From contig CAZJYD010000005.1 of NCBI GenBank assembly GCA_964550205.1, forward strand, positions 27,639 to 91,638: DNA of 64,000 nucleotides, given 5' to 3'. Origin of the DNA: an uncultured Bacteroidales bacterium. Its GTDB lineage: Bacteria > Bacteroidota > Bacteroidia > Bacteroidales > JAIOZK01. The notes under the pieces were generated by a model. That model did no database searches and had not been told where the DNA came from. It was given only the letters and a program-made list of their open reading frames with translations. Shown here piece by piece: positions 37,015 to 45,908 of this stretch (position 1 is its first letter; each line of letters begins with the position of its first letter). The position numbers and the translations under genes were made by a program.

Positions 37015-39920
37015 TGGATTTTTACCAGTTTTATCAACTGTTTAGAAGACATCTGTTATTATTAATTTTAGTGCCTTTTGTGTTGGCGTTGACTGTTTAT
37101 TTGTTTACCCGTAAACAATCAAAAACATATTCTTCAGAAGCTATTATTTACTCAGGTATTGCAACAGGTTATTCAATTGAAACGATGGAAAGTGCTTACC
37201 TTGATTATTATGGTACCAATGTTCAATTTGATAATCTGATAAATCTTTTCTTTTCAAGACAAACAATTGAACAAACTGCTATCAAGTTGCTTGCCCAGGA
37301 TTTATGCCTGGAACAATACAATCCTCAATATATTTCAAAGCAGCATTTTGATGAACTACAAGCATTGGTATCAAAAGAAGTGAAAAACCTTGTAGTTAAA
37401 CATGGAAAAATGGGCCTTGAAAGAGAAAGAGAAGAACAAATACTAAAGCTTGAAGAAGAAATACAATCATTGGAACAAGAAATTACACGTAAAAAAGACT
37501 ATGCAAAACAAGCAATTGAAGGCAACGAACCTGTAAATACAGAACAATATTATCAACAAAAAAAAGAAACAACCTCTGATGCTGAGCAATATGAAAAACC
37601 GATCTTTCACAGGGTAAGTTCCGGTGAATCCATTTACTCAATTGCCAGCATGTACGGATTATCTGTAGGAGAATTAATAGAAATAAATAATCTAAGTACT
37701 AACAGGGTAGAACCAGGGCAAATACTTATAGTTGAAAAAGCTGATATAGCTACAAAGAACCAATATCATATTGTCGAGCCAGGTGAAACATTATATTCAA
37801 TTGCAAGAAAAAATGATGTTAGCATAAGTAAACTGAGGCAACTTAATAATCTTAAAACTGATAAATTAAAAGTAGGTCAGCGTTTGATAGTCAGCAGGGT
37901 AATACCTGTTGACAATTCTTCAACCGATTACTCAAATGAAACATCTTCATACTATGATCAGTCACAACAAAAAAGTCTTAAAACAACAAAACAAAGGAGG
38001 GAATTATTCCAGGTTCCACGCATGAATCAATCACAACCTCCGAAAGATCCGATTATTCCTCCCGGTGTTATACCTGAAGATTATTATGCAACAGTAGATA
38101 ATTTCAATGAATACTATCGTTCGAGCGATACCAATTTTATTTACGAATTATTGCATTATGCTCATAAGCATTACAGTATCAGAGCAATTACATTGAATTC
38201 TAACATCAACAGGGTCAAGAACAGCGACCTTATTAAAATAACTTATCAGAGCGACGATCCGGGTATATGTCAGCAAACATTGAAAATTCTCGCTCAGGTG
38301 TTTATCAGAAACTATAAACTATTGAGAGTTAACCAAACCGATGCAGTTGTTAATTATTTCCAGGAACAGGTGGATTCAGCAAATGCAAAACTTCAGAGGG
38401 CTGAGGACAGATTATTACAATTCAATAAGAGGAATAACATAATTAATTATTACGAACAAAGTAAATATATAGCAGCTCAAAAAGAAGACCTTGATCTTTA
38501 TGTTCAAAACGAACAGATAAGACTTGCCTCGGCTGCTGCCGCATTAAATGAGCTTGAAACAAAACTTGCTTCAAAGGACAGTATATATCTTGCTTCAGAT
38601 GAAATTCAAAAGGTCCGTCAAAAGTTATCTGAAGTTGAAGAAAAAATATTTATTAATGAACTTGACGCAGAAAATGATCCAAGGATCGGCAACAAGCTCG
38701 AAGAATTAAAACTTGTTGCCAAGCAATACAGAAACCAGTTAAAATATCTTGTCGATAAATATTATATGTACAGTCATTCGCCTGAGGGAATACCGATAAA
38801 AGAATTATTAACAGAATGGCTGGATAATGTACTTGCTTTTGAGGAATCAAAAGCTGCAATGAGAGTATTAAGACAAAGAAAAGATGAATTCAGGGCAGTT
38901 TATCAGGTAATGGCTCCTTTAGGTGCTATGTTAAAACGTATTGAAAGGGAAATAGATGTTGCAGAAGAATCATATCTTGAACTCTTACGCAACCTTAATA
39001 TGGCTAAAATGAAACAGCAAAATATTGAAATGGCAACAAATATTAAAATTGTTGATGAGCCATTCTTTCCCATTGCACCCAATCCTTCAAGAGCAAAATT
39101 GCTCGTTATCGTCGCTGCTGTTATTGGTTTTATTTTGGTTGCTTTCCTCATACTAATGCTTGAGTTTTTTGATACATCAGTTAAGTCATCTGATAGAGTC
39201 CAGAAAGTTACTAAATTGAAACTGGCCGGGGCGTATCCAAAATACGGCTCTGGTGCCCAATCGCAAGAATTTAAAGACGCATCGGAAAGATTACTTGAGA
39301 TCATGATCCAAAATATTAAGCTTGCAATCGGTCACCATTCACTATACACTTCAGAAAAGCCTTATTTCATTCTGATTTTTAGTACCCAGCCCGGTACCGG
39401 TAAAACGACAATAGCCACAAATCTGATCAGAAAACTAAGATCATACGGCGAAAAAGTGCTATACCTTAATTACACAAGAGAAGATAAAAGTAAAATTGAT
39501 GACGACTATAACTATACTATACAATATAAAATAGATAACAAATTTGTAGAAATAAAACATTTAAAAGACCTATTAAAAAATAATTATATCAGACAAGAAA
39601 ACTATACTTATGACTACATCTTTCTTGAAATCCCATCAATAATATTCAATTCCTTTCCTCTTGATCTTATTGAAACAGTTGACTTTTCATTAATTGTGAT
39701 AAGAGCCAAAGATTACTGGAAAAAGGCTGATATGACTGCCCTTAACACAATGCTGGAAGTATCAAGGGAAAAACCAATGATCATACTCAATCAGGCCGAA
39801 GTTTATGCATTGGAAGACATTTTGCATAGCGTTCCGAAACATAAACCTTCGATCAGAAAAAAAATAAAAAAAATACTGATGTATCCTTTTAAATTCAGGA
39901 TTCGAGTAAAAGTAGATTAA
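37014..39920 (+). CDS. polysaccharide co-polymerase (Wzz/GumC-type chain-length/export protein) with two inserted LysM domains and a degenerate C-terminal BY-kinase-like P-loop domain
   Basis: TM1 (aa ~14-32), a Wzz-like periplasmic region (LIKITYQSDDPGICQQTL, long coiled coils), TM2 (LLVIVAAVIGFILVAFLILML), then the cytoplasmic block ILIFSTQPGTGKTTIATNL. Confidence 0.8.
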   Translation: MDFYQFYQLFRRHLLLLILVPFVLALTVYLFTRKQSKTYSSEAIIYSGIATGYSIETMESAYLDYYGTNVQFDNLINLFFSRQTIEQTAIKLLAQDLCLEQYNPQYISKQHFDELQALVSKEVKNLVVKHGKMGLEREREEQILKLEEEIQSLEQEITRKKDYAKQAIEGNEPVNTEQYYQQKKETTSDAEQYEKPIFHRVSSGESIYSIASMYGLSVGELIEINNLSTNRVEPGQILIVEKADIATKNQYHIVEPGETLYSIARKNDVSISKLRQLNNLKTDKLKVGQRLIVSRVIPVDNSSTDYSNETSSYYDQSQQKSLKTTKQRRELFQVPRMNQSQPPKDPIIPPGVIPEDYYATVDNFNEYYRSSDTNFIYELLHYAHKHYSIRAITLNSNINRVKNSDLIKITYQSDDPGICQQTLKILAQVFIRNYKLLRVNQTDAVVNYFQEQVDSANAKLQRAEDRLLQFNKRNNIINYYEQSKYIAAQKEDLDLYVQNEQIRLASAAAALNELETKLASKDSIYLASDEIQKVRQKLSEVEEKIFINELDAENDPRIGNKLEELKLVAKQYRNQLKYLVDKYYMYSHSPEGIPIKELLTEWLDNVLAFEESKAAMRVLRQRKDEFRAVYQVMAPLGAMLKRIEREIDVAEESYLELLRNLNMAKMKQQNIEMATNIKIVDEPFFPIAPNPSRAKLLVIVAAVIGFILVAFLILMLEFFDTSVKSSDRVQKVTKLKLAGAYPKYGSGAQSQEFKDASERLLEIMIQNIKLAIGHHSLYTSEKPYFILIFSTQPGTGKTTIATNLIRKLRSYGEKVLYLNYTREDKSKIDDDYNYTIQYKIDNKFVEIKHLKDLLKNNYIRQENYTYDYIFLEIPSIIFNSFPLDLIETVDFSLIVIRAKDYWKKADMTALNTMLEVSREKPMIILNQAEVYALEDILHSVPKHKPSIRKKIKKILMYPFKFRIRVKVD
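37608..37892 (+). other. tandem LysM domains inside the PCP periplasmic region
   Basis: HRVSSGESIYSIASMYGLSVGELIEINNLSTNRVEPGQILIV and YHIVEPGETLYSIARKNDVSISKLRQLNNLKTDKLKVGQRLIV both fit the LysM consensus. Confidence 0.85.
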
Positions 39921-39929
39921 TGAAATCAG

Positions 39930-41372
39930 GTGAAGAAACAATTAGTAAATCTATTAAGAAACCGTAATTTTCTTTCATTATCCAGCAATCTTGCTGTTGC
40001 TGTTTTTGGCTTTCTCAGCTTTATTATTCTTGTCCGTACTCTTAAACCCGATCTTTTTGGAGAATGGGTTCTCTATATTACAGCGGGAAATTTTGTTGAG
40101 ATGCTCCGCTTCGGTATAACAAGAACTGCAATTATAAGATTCCTTTCCGGTGCAAAGGAAAGTGAACGAAAGGAACTGATCGGTTCTAATTGGATAATCG
40201 GGTTATTTGCTACAATTATAATTGCAATTATTTTATGGTCGGTTTATTTATTATTTCCAATAAAGATAGCAGATTCAGGATTTTCATTATTCTTTATATG
40301 GTACCCAATTCTTGGTTTTTTGAATCTGCCATTCAATAACGCATTATCAATATTACAGGCAGATCAAAAGTTTGACAGGATTCTATTTATAAGAGTAATA
40401 AATGTAGGAAGTTTCTTAGTATTTTTAATCATTAATCTGTTTGTGATCAGATGGGGATTGATGAATATCTTATATACTCACCTTTTTATTAATTTCTTAA
40501 CATCAATACTAGCTATGTTTTTAAAATGGGATGGTTTAAAGTATATTTTTAAAGCAACCAGAAAAACAAATAATATCATACTTAACTTTGGAAAATATAC
40601 GACCGGAACTTTAATAGGAAGTAACTTACTTAAAAGTTCGGATACCTTTATAATTGGTCTGAGCCCCTTTCTCGGCACCGCAGGTGTTGCTTTTTACAGT
40701 GTGCCTTTAAAACTGACAGAGATACTGGAAATTCCCTTACGGAGCTTTGTTGCCACAGCTTTTCCCAGAATGTCAAAAGAAAGCATTAAGAACAATTTAA
40801 AGGAAGTAAAAAACATCTACTATGCATACACCGGATCAATGATTTATCTTCTCTTTCCTATAATTGTAATTTGTTTCATCTTTGCTGAAGAATTCGTTAT
40901 TATTCTCGGTGGACAAGAATATGCAGGCACTGCCAACATATTCAGGATATTTTGTATTTATGGACTCTTCATACCTATTGATAAATTTACAGGTGTTGCA
41001 CTCGATAGTATTAATATGCCCAAGAAAAACTTCTATAAAGTTTTATATATGGCAATAGCAAATATTGTAGGTGATTCGGTTGTTATTTTCATACTTTCGA
41101 AATTCCTTCTTGGTTTATCATTATCTGCACTTATTATTTTCACAAGTACTGATATTACATTAATACCGGCAATCAGTTCTGAATTTGCTTTAATGAAAAC
41201 ACTGGAAATGGTTGCTATAGTAACTATTCTTTTTACATTAATAGGTATTGCTGTTGGTTTGTACTACTTAAATAAAGAAATAAAAATTCAGTTTAAATTT
41301 GTATTTATAATCGGATGGGGATTTTTCTGGTATTTTATAAAAAGCACAATAACAGGATTAAAAAAGACTTAA
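39930..41372 (+). CDS. Wzx-type oligosaccharide flippase (MOP superfamily)
   Basis: 480 aa with ~12-14 TM helices and the typical polysaccharide-biosynthesis-protein N-terminus. GTG start. Confidence 0.7.
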   Translation: MKKQLVNLLRNRNFLSLSSNLAVAVFGFLSFIILVRTLKPDLFGEWVLYITAGNFVEMLRFGITRTAIIRFLSGAKESERKELIGSNWIIGLFATIIIAIILWSVYLLFPIKIADSGFSLFFIWYPILGFLNLPFNNALSILQADQKFDRILFIRVINVGSFLVFLIINLFVIRWGLMNILYTHLFINFLTSILAMFLKWDGLKYIFKATRKTNNIILNFGKYTTGTLIGSNLLKSSDTFIIGLSPFLGTAGVAFYSVPLKLTEILEIPLRSFVATAFPRMSKESIKNNLKEVKNIYYAYTGSMIYLLFPIIVICFIFAEEFVIILGGQEYAGTANIFRIFCIYGLFIPIDKFTGVALDSINMPKKNFYKVLYMAIANIVGDSVVIFILSKFLLGLSLSALIIFTSTDITLIPAISSEFALMKTLEMVAIVTILFTLIGIAVGLYYLNKEIKIQFKFVFIIGWGFFWYFIKSTITGLKKT

Positions 41373-41410
41373 AAAGTATAACATTATATTTGTTATAAAA
41401 TTTAATATAT

Positions 41411-42865
41411 ATGGGTATCAATAACAGAACCGGATCGGCCAAATTAGAAAATCCCTGGATAATGGCTCTTTTAATAGGCTCAATGGTTCTTATCGGTTAC
41501 CTGATATCCGTTGGTGGATTAATGGCAGCTATGGGCATACTAGCCTTACCACCTGTTCTATTCTATCTTAACAGGCTTTTTGTTAATCCGAGAATTGGTC
41601 TTTTTACAGTTATTATCCTTGCATTCACAGCAATAGGATTAAACCGGTATATTACCGGCTTACCATTGGGTTTGAGTGTGGATATGATGCTTGTTCTTAC
41701 ATATATAGCTCTTTTCTTCAAACACTTTTATAAAAAGTTGGATCTTAGCACAATTAAAACCGATCTAACATTATTAGCCCTTATATGGTTTTTATATACG
41801 GTGATGGAATTTTTCAATCCAGAAGCTCTTAGCAAAAAGGCCTGGTTTTATGCAATGCGCGGAATATCTCTTTATATGTTTCTTACCATACCATTAACAT
41901 ACTTATTATTCAACAAGATTAAATATTTAAATTATTTACTTTATATATGGGCAGTATTTTCAATTCTGGCAACTATTAAAGGATGGATGCAAATAACAAT
42001 AGGCCCTGACTATGCAGAACAACGTTGGTTGGATCAGGGAGGTGCGGTAACACACTTACTTTTTGGTCAGCTAAGAGTATTTTCATTTTATTCAGATGCT
42101 GGTCAGTTTGGTGCTGCCCAGGCCTCAGCTGGAGTAGCCGGTACTGTTTTAGCATTAAATGCAAAAAATATGAAGGAGAGAATTCTGTTTGCCTTAATGG
42201 CACTGGCAGGGTATTGGGGGATGATGATCTCAGGTACACGCGGTGCAATGATTGTACCCTTGATCGGAGGATTTGTTTATATAATTCTTAGAAAAAATAT
42301 ACGCGTTATAGTATTGGGGGCATTATTATTAATAACTATGTATGCATTCTTCCGCTACACTTATTTGGGCCAGGGTAACCAATATATCAGACGAATGCGA
42401 ACGGCATTTCGTCCGGAAGATGCTGCATCATTACAGGTACGCCTGGAAAACAGAAGGATACTTAAAGGTTATCTCAGATCAAGACCCTTTGGAGGTGGTA
42501 TAGGTAGCGCCGGAACTTGGGGTCAAAGATTCTCACCAAATGGTTTTCTTGCTCAAATACCCACAGATAGCTGGTACGTTCAAATTTGGGCAGAACAGGG
42601 TATTATAGGATTAATGTTGCACTTAATAATATTATCTTATATTGTTGTTAAAGGATCATACATAATTATGTTCAAGCTAAAAGACCCGGTGCTACGTGGC
42701 AAAATAAGCGCCCTGATGGCTGCTTTTACCGGCATCATGGGCGCAAGCTATGGAAATGGGGTACTGGGACAAATGCCTACAGGCATTATTACATACATGA
42801 GTTGGGTTTATCTTTTTATAGCTCCCCAACTTGATGAGGAAATAAGAAAATTGAAAAACAGGTAA
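41411..42865 (+). CDS. O-antigen ligase/Wzy-type polymerase family membrane protein
   Basis: 484 aa polytopic protein with a Wzy_C-like block (MISGTRGAMIVPLIGG) and a large loop carrying RxxxxRP-type basic residues. Confidence 0.65.
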   Translation: MGINNRTGSAKLENPWIMALLIGSMVLIGYLISVGGLMAAMGILALPPVLFYLNRLFVNPRIGLFTVIILAFTAIGLNRYITGLPLGLSVDMMLVLTYIALFFKHFYKKLDLSTIKTDLTLLALIWFLYTVMEFFNPEALSKKAWFYAMRGISLYMFLTIPLTYLLFNKIKYLNYLLYIWAVFSILATIKGWMQITIGPDYAEQRWLDQGGAVTHLLFGQLRVFSFYSDAGQFGAAQASAGVAGTVLALNAKNMKERILFALMALAGYWGMMISGTRGAMIVPLIGGFVYIILRKNIRVIVLGALLLITMYAFFRYTYLGQGNQYIRRMRTAFRPEDAASLQVRLENRRILKGYLRSRPFGGGIGSAGTWGQRFSPNGFLAQIPTDSWYVQIWAEQGIIGLMLHLIILSYIVVKGSYIIMFKLKDPVLRGKISALMAAFTGIMGASYGNGVLGQMPTGIITYMSWVYLFIAPQLDEEIRKLKNR

Positions 42866-42873
42866 ATAAAAAA

Positions 42874-43686
42874 ATGATGAAAAATAACACTATAGACCTG
42901 GTAAAAATAATTCATACCACAATTGAGGCAGGTACCACAGTTAAAGAAGTTTATAATACAAAATTTACGATCGAAAAAAAAGAGGACAAAAGCCCTCTAA
43001 CTATTGCTGATACTATGTCGCATAAAATAATAACTTACGATTTAAAAAAATTAGAACTGCCAATAATGAGTGAGGAAGGAAAAAAAGTTTCTTACAATAA
43101 AAGAAAAAACTGGACAGATTATTGGTTGGTTGATCCTTTAGACGGAACGAAAGAATTTATTAAAAGAAATGATGAGTTTACAATTAACATTGCACTGATA
43201 AACAACCAATTACCTGTGTTAGGTATAATCTATGTACCTGTTCTGGATTTATTATACTGGGCGCAAAAAGAAATTGCTTCATTTAAGTTGGAAAATGTTT
43301 CTGATAAATTGAACAAAATAAAAGATAAAGATAACTTGATTGAATTAAGCACTAAGCTGCCGATTCAGGATAAACCCGAAGTTTTCACCATAGTTGCCAG
43401 TCGCTCACATATGTCTGACGAAACACAGGAATACATTGAAAAAATGAAAAAGAAACACAAAAATGTCACAATAATGTCCAAGGGATCTTCACTTAAATTA
43501 TGCATGATTGCTGAAGGACTTGCAAATGCTTATCCCAGGTTTGCCCCTACTTATGAATGGGATACTGCAGCAGGCCAGGCTATAGTTGAATACGCAGGAG
43601 GAAAAGTTTTACAGATAAACGAAAGGGATAAACTAATATATAATAAAAAGAATTTGATTAATCCCTGGTTTATTGCTAAGAGATAA
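42874..43686 (+). CDS. cysQ: 3'(2'),5'-bisphosphate nucleotidase (CysQ) / inositol-monophosphatase-family phosphatase
   Basis: SPLTIAD, WLVDPLDGTKEFI and EWDTAAGQAIV motifs. Length is 270 aa. Confidence 0.75.
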   Translation: MMKNNTIDLVKIIHTTIEAGTTVKEVYNTKFTIEKKEDKSPLTIADTMSHKIITYDLKKLELPIMSEEGKKVSYNKRKNWTDYWLVDPLDGTKEFIKRNDEFTINIALINNQLPVLGIIYVPVLDLLYWAQKEIASFKLENVSDKLNKIKDKDNLIELSTKLPIQDKPEVFTIVASRSHMSDETQEYIEKMKKKHKNVTIMSKGSSLKLCMIAEGLANAYPRFAPTYEWDTAAGQAIVEYAGGKVLQINERDKLIYNKKNLINPWFIAKR

Positions 43687-43689
43687 TTT

Positions 43690-44637
43690 ATGCAAAAAAC
43701 CCTTTATAAAAAAAAGCCTTTAAGTGAATATCCACTGGTATCAATAGTTACTGTTAATTACGACCACCCGGAAGTAACATGTGATATGATCGATTCATTA
43801 AACAAAATCACATATCCTAATATTGAGATTATTGTGGTTGATAATAATTCCCCAAATGATGATCCACGTATTATTAAAAAAAAATTTCCAAATATTGTAT
43901 TTGTTGAAAATCCAATAAATTATGGATTTGCCGCAGGTAACAATTTCGGAATAATGAGAGCAAGAGGTAAATATGTTCTTCTATTAAATAATGACACTAT
44001 TGTTGACAGACAATTTATGGAACCTTTGGTTAATACTTTGGAAAATAATCCGGATATCGGAGCCGTCAGCCCCAAAATAAGGTTTTTTCATACTCCTGAT
44101 ACAATACAATATGCAGGATATACACCAATTAACTATTACACCATGCGTAACTTCGCTATTGGATATAATAAGGTTGATCAAGGTCAGTATGACAAAAACT
44201 ACGAAACAGCATATGGTCATGGGGCAGCATTAATGGTGCCGGTTAAAGTTATAAAAGAAATCGGTTTAATGTCTTATATCTTTTTTCTTTATTATGAAGA
44301 AGCCGACTGGTGTGCACGTATTAAAAAAGCCGGATATAAAATATTTTATGTTCACAATTCACTTGTTTTTCACAAAGAATCAATCTCAACAGGTAAATTA
44401 AGCCCTATGAAAATATACTACCTCAACAGAAACAGAATTGTATTTATGAGGAGAAATATTTTTGGTAAATCATTTTTAATAGGTATTCTATATCAACTTT
44501 TTATTGCTATTCCAAAAAATGCATTGAAATTCTTATTAAAAGGCAAAATCAAATTATTTTATGCTTATTACAGAGCTATCGGATGGCATTTAAAAAATAT
44601 TTTCAGTAAAGAAATTTATGAAAATCCCAGATTATAA
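43690..44637 (+). CDS. glycosyltransferase family 2
   Basis: VSIVTVNYD...IIVVDNNSPNDD, GFAAGNN, LLLNNDT and the YEEADWC pattern. Confidence 0.85.
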   Translation: MQKTLYKKKPLSEYPLVSIVTVNYDHPEVTCDMIDSLNKITYPNIEIIVVDNNSPNDDPRIIKKKFPNIVFVENPINYGFAAGNNFGIMRARGKYVLLLNNDTIVDRQFMEPLVNTLENNPDIGAVSPKIRFFHTPDTIQYAGYTPINYYTMRNFAIGYNKVDQGQYDKNYETAYGHGAALMVPVKVIKEIGLMSYIFFLYYEEADWCARIKKAGYKIFYVHNSLVFHKESISTGKLSPMKIYYLNRNRIVFMRRNIFGKSFLIGILYQLFIAIPKNALKFLLKGKIKLFYAYYRAIGWHLKNIFSKEIYENPRL

Positions 44638-44658
44638 GTCTATCATTTTGAAATTTCA

Positions 44659-44666
44659 TATTTTTG
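44659..44666 (+). promoter_or_regulatory. possible internal -7 box (TATTTTTG)
   Basis: Matches TAnnTTTG, 39 nt upstream of the ATG at 44705, in a 67-nt gap. Confidence 0.35.
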
Positions 44667-44704
44667 ATATATATTGCCTTTATATAGATAAATAAGTTTA
44701 AGTT

Positions 44705-45892
44705 ATGAGCATCTATGTGCAAATAATGATTATTATTCAGTTAATATTGCTTATCTATATTGGGGTATCCTCAATTTACTATTTCACATATGCTGTCGGC
44801 GGATTATTCTACAAACCACCCAAATTTATAAAGGATAGAAATATAAGAAAATTTTGTGTTTTATTACCTGGTTATAAGGAAGATAAGGTTATTATTAATG
44901 CAACCGAAGATGCCTTAAAACAGGAATATCCCCGTAATAAATACGATATATACGTAATTGCAGATTCATTTAAACAGCAAACATTGGATAAGCTAAAGCA
45001 ATTACCTGTTAACGTTATTGAAGTTGAATTTAAAATAAGCACAAAGGCAAAAGCCCTTAATAAGGCGATGGAACTAATTGAAAATAATTACGACAGTGTA
45101 CTGGTTCTTGATGCCGATAATATTATTGACAGAGATTTCCTGAATAAGGTTAATAATGCTTTTGGGCAAGGATACAAGGCTATACAAGGACACCGGACAG
45201 CTAAAAATATGAATACATCATTTGCAGTGCTCGATGCAATCAGTGAGGAAATTAATAATCATATATTCAGAAGAGGACACCGGGCATTGGGAATATCTTC
45301 AGCTCTGATTGGTTCCGGAATGGCTTTCGATTTTAAATTATACAAAAACTATATGTCTAGAATAGATTCTCATGCCGAAGATAAAGAATTGGAATTAAAA
45401 CTTTTTAAGGATCATTATAAAATAGAATTCCTCGATACTGCCTATGTATTGGATGAAAAGGTAAGTAAATCAGGTGTTTTCCTGAAACAACGAAGTAGAT
45501 GGATAGCTAACCAGATGCTGTATGCCAGAAAGTATTTTGTAGATTCTATTGTTGCTTTATTCAATGGCAATTTTGACTTGTTTGACAAGGTTTTTCAATA
45601 TTTCCTTCCACCTAGAATATTATTACTGGGATCTGTTTATATTATTCTTGTGCTTTCGCTGATATTCAATCCTATAACCTATTCAATCGCATGGATTGTT
45701 ATATTTGCCTTTGTTAACCTTGCTATTTTAATATCAGTTCCACGGAAATTTTATAATTTTAAAATATTTAAACACCTTTTAAAACTTCCATATGGGTTTA
45801 TATTAATGATTTTTTCAATTTTGAATTTTCAGAGAGCCCTGAAAAGTTTTAATCCAACTCCTCATTCAGGTGATGATGAATCAAATAAATAA
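44705..45892 (+). CDS. membrane-integrated synthase-type GT2 glycosyltransferase (QxxRW class), paralog 1
   Basis: N-terminal TM, GT-A core (LLPGYKED, LDADN, GSGMAF), QRSRW, and C-terminal TM helices. Confidence 0.8.
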   Translation: MSIYVQIMIIIQLILLIYIGVSSIYYFTYAVGGLFYKPPKFIKDRNIRKFCVLLPGYKEDKVIINATEDALKQEYPRNKYDIYVIADSFKQQTLDKLKQLPVNVIEVEFKISTKAKALNKAMELIENNYDSVLVLDADNIIDRDFLNKVNNAFGQGYKAIQGHRTAKNMNTSFAVLDAISEEINNHIFRRGHRALGISSALIGSGMAFDFKLYKNYMSRIDSHAEDKELELKLFKDHYKIEFLDTAYVLDEKVSKSGVFLKQRSRWIANQMLYARKYFVDSIVALFNGNFDLFDKVFQYFLPPRILLLGSVYIILVLSLIFNPITYSIAWIVIFAFVNLAILISVPRKFYNFKIFKHLLKLPYGFILMIFSILNFQRALKSFNPTPHSGDDESNK

Positions 45893-45908
45893 TAAATAAA
45901 TAATAGAT

